Of a stretch of 64,000 bases of DNA, positions 55,501-61,500 are shown one piece after another. Source of the stretch: an uncultured Planctomycetia bacterium (lineage in GTDB: Bacteria; Omnitrophota; Gorgyraeia; Gorgyraeales; Gorgyraeaceae). The translations under genes and the position numbers were made by a program. Each line of letters starts with the position of its first letter. Position 1 is the first letter of the stretch. A model generated the notes under the pieces. It had not been told where the DNA came from. It was given only the letters and a program-made list of their open reading frames with translations, and did not search any database. The stretch spans positions 11,208 through 75,207 of the forward strand of contig CAYPYS010000007.1 of assembly GCA_964415355.1 (NCBI GenBank), in the 5' to 3' direction.

Positions 55501-58500
55501 GCTACAGGAGAGGAAAAAGAAGTTACTGTGGTCGTAGAGGGCATAGGAAACGTGGCGCTGGACAGCGGCAGGACAGCTCTCAGATGGATAAATGTCCTGA
55601 ACAGGATATATGGCACAAATGTCAGGCCAAAGATCATATTCCTCTACAGGCGTCCGAGGGAAGAACTGGACCTCAAGGCGCGCGCAGAGGAATTAAAACA
55701 TCTCAGGGAAGAAGGCGTTGACACAATAGACATAGACGTATATGAGCTTCACCAGACCGTTGAATATCTCGGAAATACAAAGGGACATATAGAAGGAATA
55801 AGGGCCATAAGGTATGACAGAAAAGGCGCTAAGGAAGGCGTGCTGGTCGACATCCCCGTTGACATGGTTGTAGAAGCCCTGGGAGCAAAGCCGGCGACCG
55901 AGATATTAGGACCTTCCATACCTTTAAATAGATACGGGTATATCGAGATAGATAATCACAGGACAATGCAGGTAAGAGACATGGACGGCTCTGATGGCCT
56001 GGCGCCTGTATATGCTGTCGGAGACTGCGCAGAGGTGGACGCTATAGATGAAAGGATTATGGCGACCGCTGTCCTTGCTGCAACGCATGGAAAAAGGGCA
56101 TCCGAGGCACTCATAGAAAGACTGGATAATGAGACTGGCATGGTTCAGAGATATATAGATATCGATAAGGTATTTTTTAAAGCTACTCCATACAGGATGC
56201 ATGAGATATTGGAAAGGCGCAGGATAGGCAAAAGAGAGCTTGTATCCAGGCCGCTACGCGGAGATACGGGCAATGTTTTTAGCGAGCAGAGGATCGTGGA
56301 ATTTACTATTTATGCGCCTCATGTAGCCCGCAGGATCAGACCGGGCCAGTTTGTAACGCTGATGGCAGATGAATACAGCGAGAAAATACCTATAACATAT
56401 GTCGGTCTTGGAAAGATAAAAGGCAGTATACGCCTTGCCATCCTTGACGCAGGCGAATCAACAGTAAAAATAAATAATATGAAAAAGGGTGATTTGTTTT
56501 ACGCAGTCACCGGACCTGCAGGAGAACCTTCGATCTTTACAGGGCTGGCAGGCGAGGTAGACCTGGTGGGGTTGGGCAGTGGCATAGCCGCGATTGTCGG
56601 CATCGCCGAGCACAGGGCAGACCTGGACAGGAAATATAAAGAGTTGATGGCCAGGCTGGCAGGCAATTCCCGCGCAGATGTAGTCCTGTCGCTGATAGAA
56701 GAGATTTGGTCAGAATTGAGTCTTGCAAAGGATGATCTTTTGCACTATATAGTCGATGCGATAAGAGACAGGGATTATAATGAAGCAAAGAATCTGTTGA
56801 CAGCACTTGCCTACTCTATTGAACAGGATTTTCCGGCGAGCGAGCTTATAGCAGATGCAGAAGCACTGGTTGATACGATAACCATGCTCGAGGATTCTGT
56901 AGAAGACGAGGATGAATTGAATCTGCTTGTAAAACAGGAGGTCTATCAGGCGATAGACGATATATGGGAAGAGTTTGAGATATTAAAGAGAGAGAAACTA
57001 TTAAGGGAAATCAGTGATTTTGTATCTTCCGGAAATTACAAAAATGCATCTAATGCCTTGAATGCCGTTATCGGCGCAGGCTTTGAGACAAAGGTATTTC
57101 TGGCTGTCGGGAATAAGGATCTTTTGATGTATAAGACCGAGCTGGAAGAGGCTGTTGGCAGGGAGAACATATTCATAGCGCTTGAGGATGCCGAGGGCTT
57201 TGATCCGCATGCCGAAGGATATGCCAGCCTGATAGCGCATGAGAACAGGTTTTTTACAGGTTATGGCACTATTGCTTTTGGGGATTATTTAGGCAGGACG
57301 CATGATCCTATTAGCGGATTGTTGGTAGCAGGACCTGCGTTCGCAATGAATCTTTTTGTGCCATTGGTCAGAGAAGCAAACAGGCCTGATATCCTGAGTA
57401 CGAGAGACGTGTGGATGAGTACTAACCCGCCCATGTACTGTGCCTACGGCGGTTGTTTGATGTGTCTGGTGGCTACAGAACAGGCGATTCCGTGGCGCGG
57501 GTGTTTAGGTCCTGAGGCAGAGGCAGATATGCTTATCGGCGATTCTATTGTCAAGGGGCTTGAAATGAGCAAGCCTCAAGACATAATGCCGGGCGTTATA
57601 TTCAGCACGTCACCTTCTGTTGACAGGGAGCAAGCGATATCTGATATAGTGCAGGCGCTTGATGAGATTCTTTATATGCCTACTGTAGATGGTAAATTAT
57701 TTGTTGCCATATCTGATGCAAAGGGTTCGTTTATCGCTGAGTTAAGAAATGGTATTTTAGAGGAGAGATTATCTGACGAGGATATTGATGCAGTGCTCGA
57801 GAATATTGATTGGGAAAGACTAGGTGTTTTTAAGCCAGGCCATAAGATAAGGTTTGCAGGTAGGATATCCGATGTCTCAGGATTAGAGCTTGATAGGGTC
57901 ATGGAATTGCTCGGACTGACAATGCAGGGTGGAAGCGGTGCAGAAGATTCTGATTCCGGGATGACGCTCGATGATTTATTCAGTAGGAGCTTGGATCTCT
58001 CGATACTTGGCATAGAGGTCATCGGAGAATTCCGCGAGGTCTCTATATCGCCTTCCGGTTTTTCACGGCTCCGGGCGTTCCTTGAGGAGATCGGCGATAG
58101 ACAGAAGTTGGAAGAAATTTTGGGACTCGAAGGAAGTGAGTTTATTTTTGTTATGAATGGCGCGAATGAGCTTGTCGCGATTGTGATCCGCAACGAGACC
58201 AGGCAGAAAGAGCTTCTATGGATAGAGGGAGAGGCATCGTCCGAACTTTTCAGCTATCTGACTCTGAGAGCCTCTCTGCGTGGCAGTTCTATATCCGCGG
58301 ACCTGACAGTGGAGGAGATAAAACCCGGCGCAATACTCGGACCCGGCGCGACCACTACTCCCGCAAGCTCTGCCCTGGCAAAGACAGGGACGTGGACCAC
58401 GAAATACGCAGAGCATGATCTTGATGCGTGCGTGCAGTGTGGCCTGTGCGCACTGGTATGTCCCGAAGGCGCGATAGCGTTTGATATGGAGCCGGCGCTG

Positions 58501-61500
58501 AATACAGGCAGGCTGGTCCTTCCGACAAATCCTGATTATTGCAAGGGCTGCGATGCCTGCGTGGTACATTGTCCTTTAAAAGGATACGCGCTTAAGATGA
58601 TAGAAAAGACAGACCTTCGCCAGGTAGCAGTATCTCTGGATACGAATCCTGAGGGAAGAGGCGTTGTTATCGAAGGCGCTCCGGCATTACAGTTTGAAGG
58701 GCTGTTTAAGGAAGGCATTGATAGATTCAAAAAGGCATTAGGGCTCGATGTAGTTGAGATAATCAGCGAGAGTGAATCTTTTGTGCAGGTGAGGTATGAG
58801 AGAGGTGACATAGCATATCTTTTTACATTCGATAAGAAAAATACAAGATTGATCTTGAAACCATTGAGGACATTTGCCGTCGTTGGCCTTGAGAGTAAAA
58901 ATATTGATCTGGCAGATGCATTGCGCAGCAGGGGATTTGCGGTTACCGGCTTGATTTCTACTAAAGACAGAGGTTTTAGAGATAAATTAATGGAGGCCGA
59001 GAGACAGGGTATCAGTGTTTATGCGATAGAAGCAGGTTTGCTAAACCCTGGTATTAGCGGCAGTCTTCAGGCATTGCTTAATGACATCGAACGCCTGCGT
59101 CTTGCTAGATTTGTCGCGGTTGACACAGAGACGATCAGGGAGATAATCGGCCTGGACGAATACACGAAACTCGTCGAGGAGATAAACGAATATACACATA
59201 ATTCTATAATAAACTCTGTGGATTTGTTGCCGACAGGCAACACAGACTTTGATGAGGTCATGGCGAGTTTTGCTCCCGAATGGCAGGACCAGGTTCGCGA
59301 CCTCGCGCCCGGACACGGCCTATGCCCCGGCTGCGGTCAGCCGACAGACACGCACCTTGTATTAAAGGTAGCGGATGAACATGGAATGGCGCCGGTGGGT
59401 GTCATTACGACAGGCTGCCAGGAAGTCTCGACCACTAACTGGCCTTTTAATTCATGGCGCATACCAATGGTCCACGGAAACTATACAGCATCAGCCGCAA
59501 TCGTCAGCGGTATCTTCCGTGTCTATCAGTGGTTCAAAAAGATGGGCGTAAGTGTTTACGGGGATAAAGAAATCTTGCCTATAGTTATTATGGGAGACGG
59601 TGGTTTTGCAATAGGGCTAAATGTAATATCAGGCGGCCTGGAAAAGGGATTACCGATTTTATATCTGGTCGAGAATAATTCAGGCACTCAGAATACGGGC
59701 GCGCAGGCATCCACGCTTTCGATGCCGGGCATAACTGCGCAAGGCGCCTCACAGGTAAAGACCACGCAAGGCGTGTATATACCTGATATAGCAAAGGCGC
59801 ACGGACCTAACGTCTATTACGCAAGGGTTTCCAATGCATATCCCGAAGATTTTGAGAGAAAATTAAACCGCGCAATGGAATGGATAAAACAGGGAAGAGG
59901 ACCTGCGGTCATAGAGTCTTTTAACACCGCATGCCCTACCGGCTGGAAGTCTGACGCGACACAGAGCCAGGAAGAAACCTCTCTTTCGGTCCAGACAGGC
60001 GTTGGCATGACTGTGCTTTTTGAGCAGGTCGGGAATCGCATAAGGATAACGCAACCACCTCTTCTAAGAGACGGAAAGATATATATAAATACAGAATATA
60101 TGCGAAGCCTGGAATATGAGTTAGGTCATTTAAGGAATGCCGGCGGCAAGAGGCTGTTATCTGACAGACAGGTGGCTTCCATGATTTCGCATATCAAGAA
60201 GAGAAGGGAATTTATTTTGGCAAGAGAGCTTGAAAGAAGACAGCCTAAAAAACCAGGCCTGCCGTTTGTCCAGCTCGACTTAGATGCGTTAAAGAACCTG
60301 CTTGTCCTTCATTCGTTCAACCTGCCTCTGGAGTCAGACCTATTGATAGACAGGTTGGATGTCCTGGGCCTTTCCGGAGACGAGATAGAGGACATTGCGC
60401 AGCATCGGTCAGAGGGTAATGAATTCAGAAACAGGCAGGACGTGCTTCGGTTTATAACCGATGTGCGTTACAGAGAGGTTACGGAAAGAATACTTGATAT
60501 ATATGACACAGTCGAGATCAGGGATTTTATTATGGAATGGACAGAGACAAAGGAAGAGGGAAATATCGATTTCGAGGAGACCGTTGTATTTGAGAAGATA
60601 GAAGATATTTTGAAAGTCCCGGGCATAGGGCCAGTGACGTATGATGCCGTAAGTCCGTATCTTACATTAGAACCGAGAAGACCTCATATATTCGAATACT
60701 TATCGAGACAGGGAAGATTCAGGAGGCTTCTTGGCTGGGATGACGAGGCGTTTCTGGGAGACATGCAGCGAGATGTGGACGCGCATATACTTAGGCTGAT
60801 GGCGCAGCATGAAAACGACAGGGCTTTCTTTGAGAACTTTGATAATTTACTGGCCAGAGGAGAAAAAATCCCGGTAGAGCAGTTCAGGTACAAGTCAGCA
60901 AGGGAGGCGCATGACAAGGCCCTTGTTCCTGCTAGAGTCATACCTGCGGATCCGGAAAGAAACATCAGGATTTTAGAACGCAGGGCAAGGCTAGGGGATA
61001 GGGTTTTTGAAGAACGCTGGCATGGAAGAGGCGGCCAGGGTGCTATTACTGCGGCAACGCTTCTGGCAACATATGCGGGCGAGGTAGAAGGTATAGGCAT
61101 TCAGGCGTTTCCGCACTTTGGGGTCGAACGCGCAGGTGCGCCTGTAAAGGCATATGTCAGAATGGGTAATAATATAAAACAGCATGACCCTGTTACGGAA
61201 CCTGATGTAGTAGTGGTTATAGATGAGTCTTTGCTGGAACTTCCCGAAGTGTTGGAAGGTATAAAGCCGGGCGGTTTTCTATTGGTGAATAGCAAAAAGC
61301 CGGCTGAAAAAATACTGGAAGAATTAAGGGCTAAAGGCAATGCGCTTAAGGATATTACTCTTTTTAGCGTGGACGCTACCGGTATAAGCATAAAACACAT
61401 GGGAAGAAATCTCCCTAATATTCCTATGCTGGCTGCGAGGATTATGGTTTCGAGGCTTACTGATGCAGACTTGGGTCCGGCAGAAGGCGCCACGGATTAC

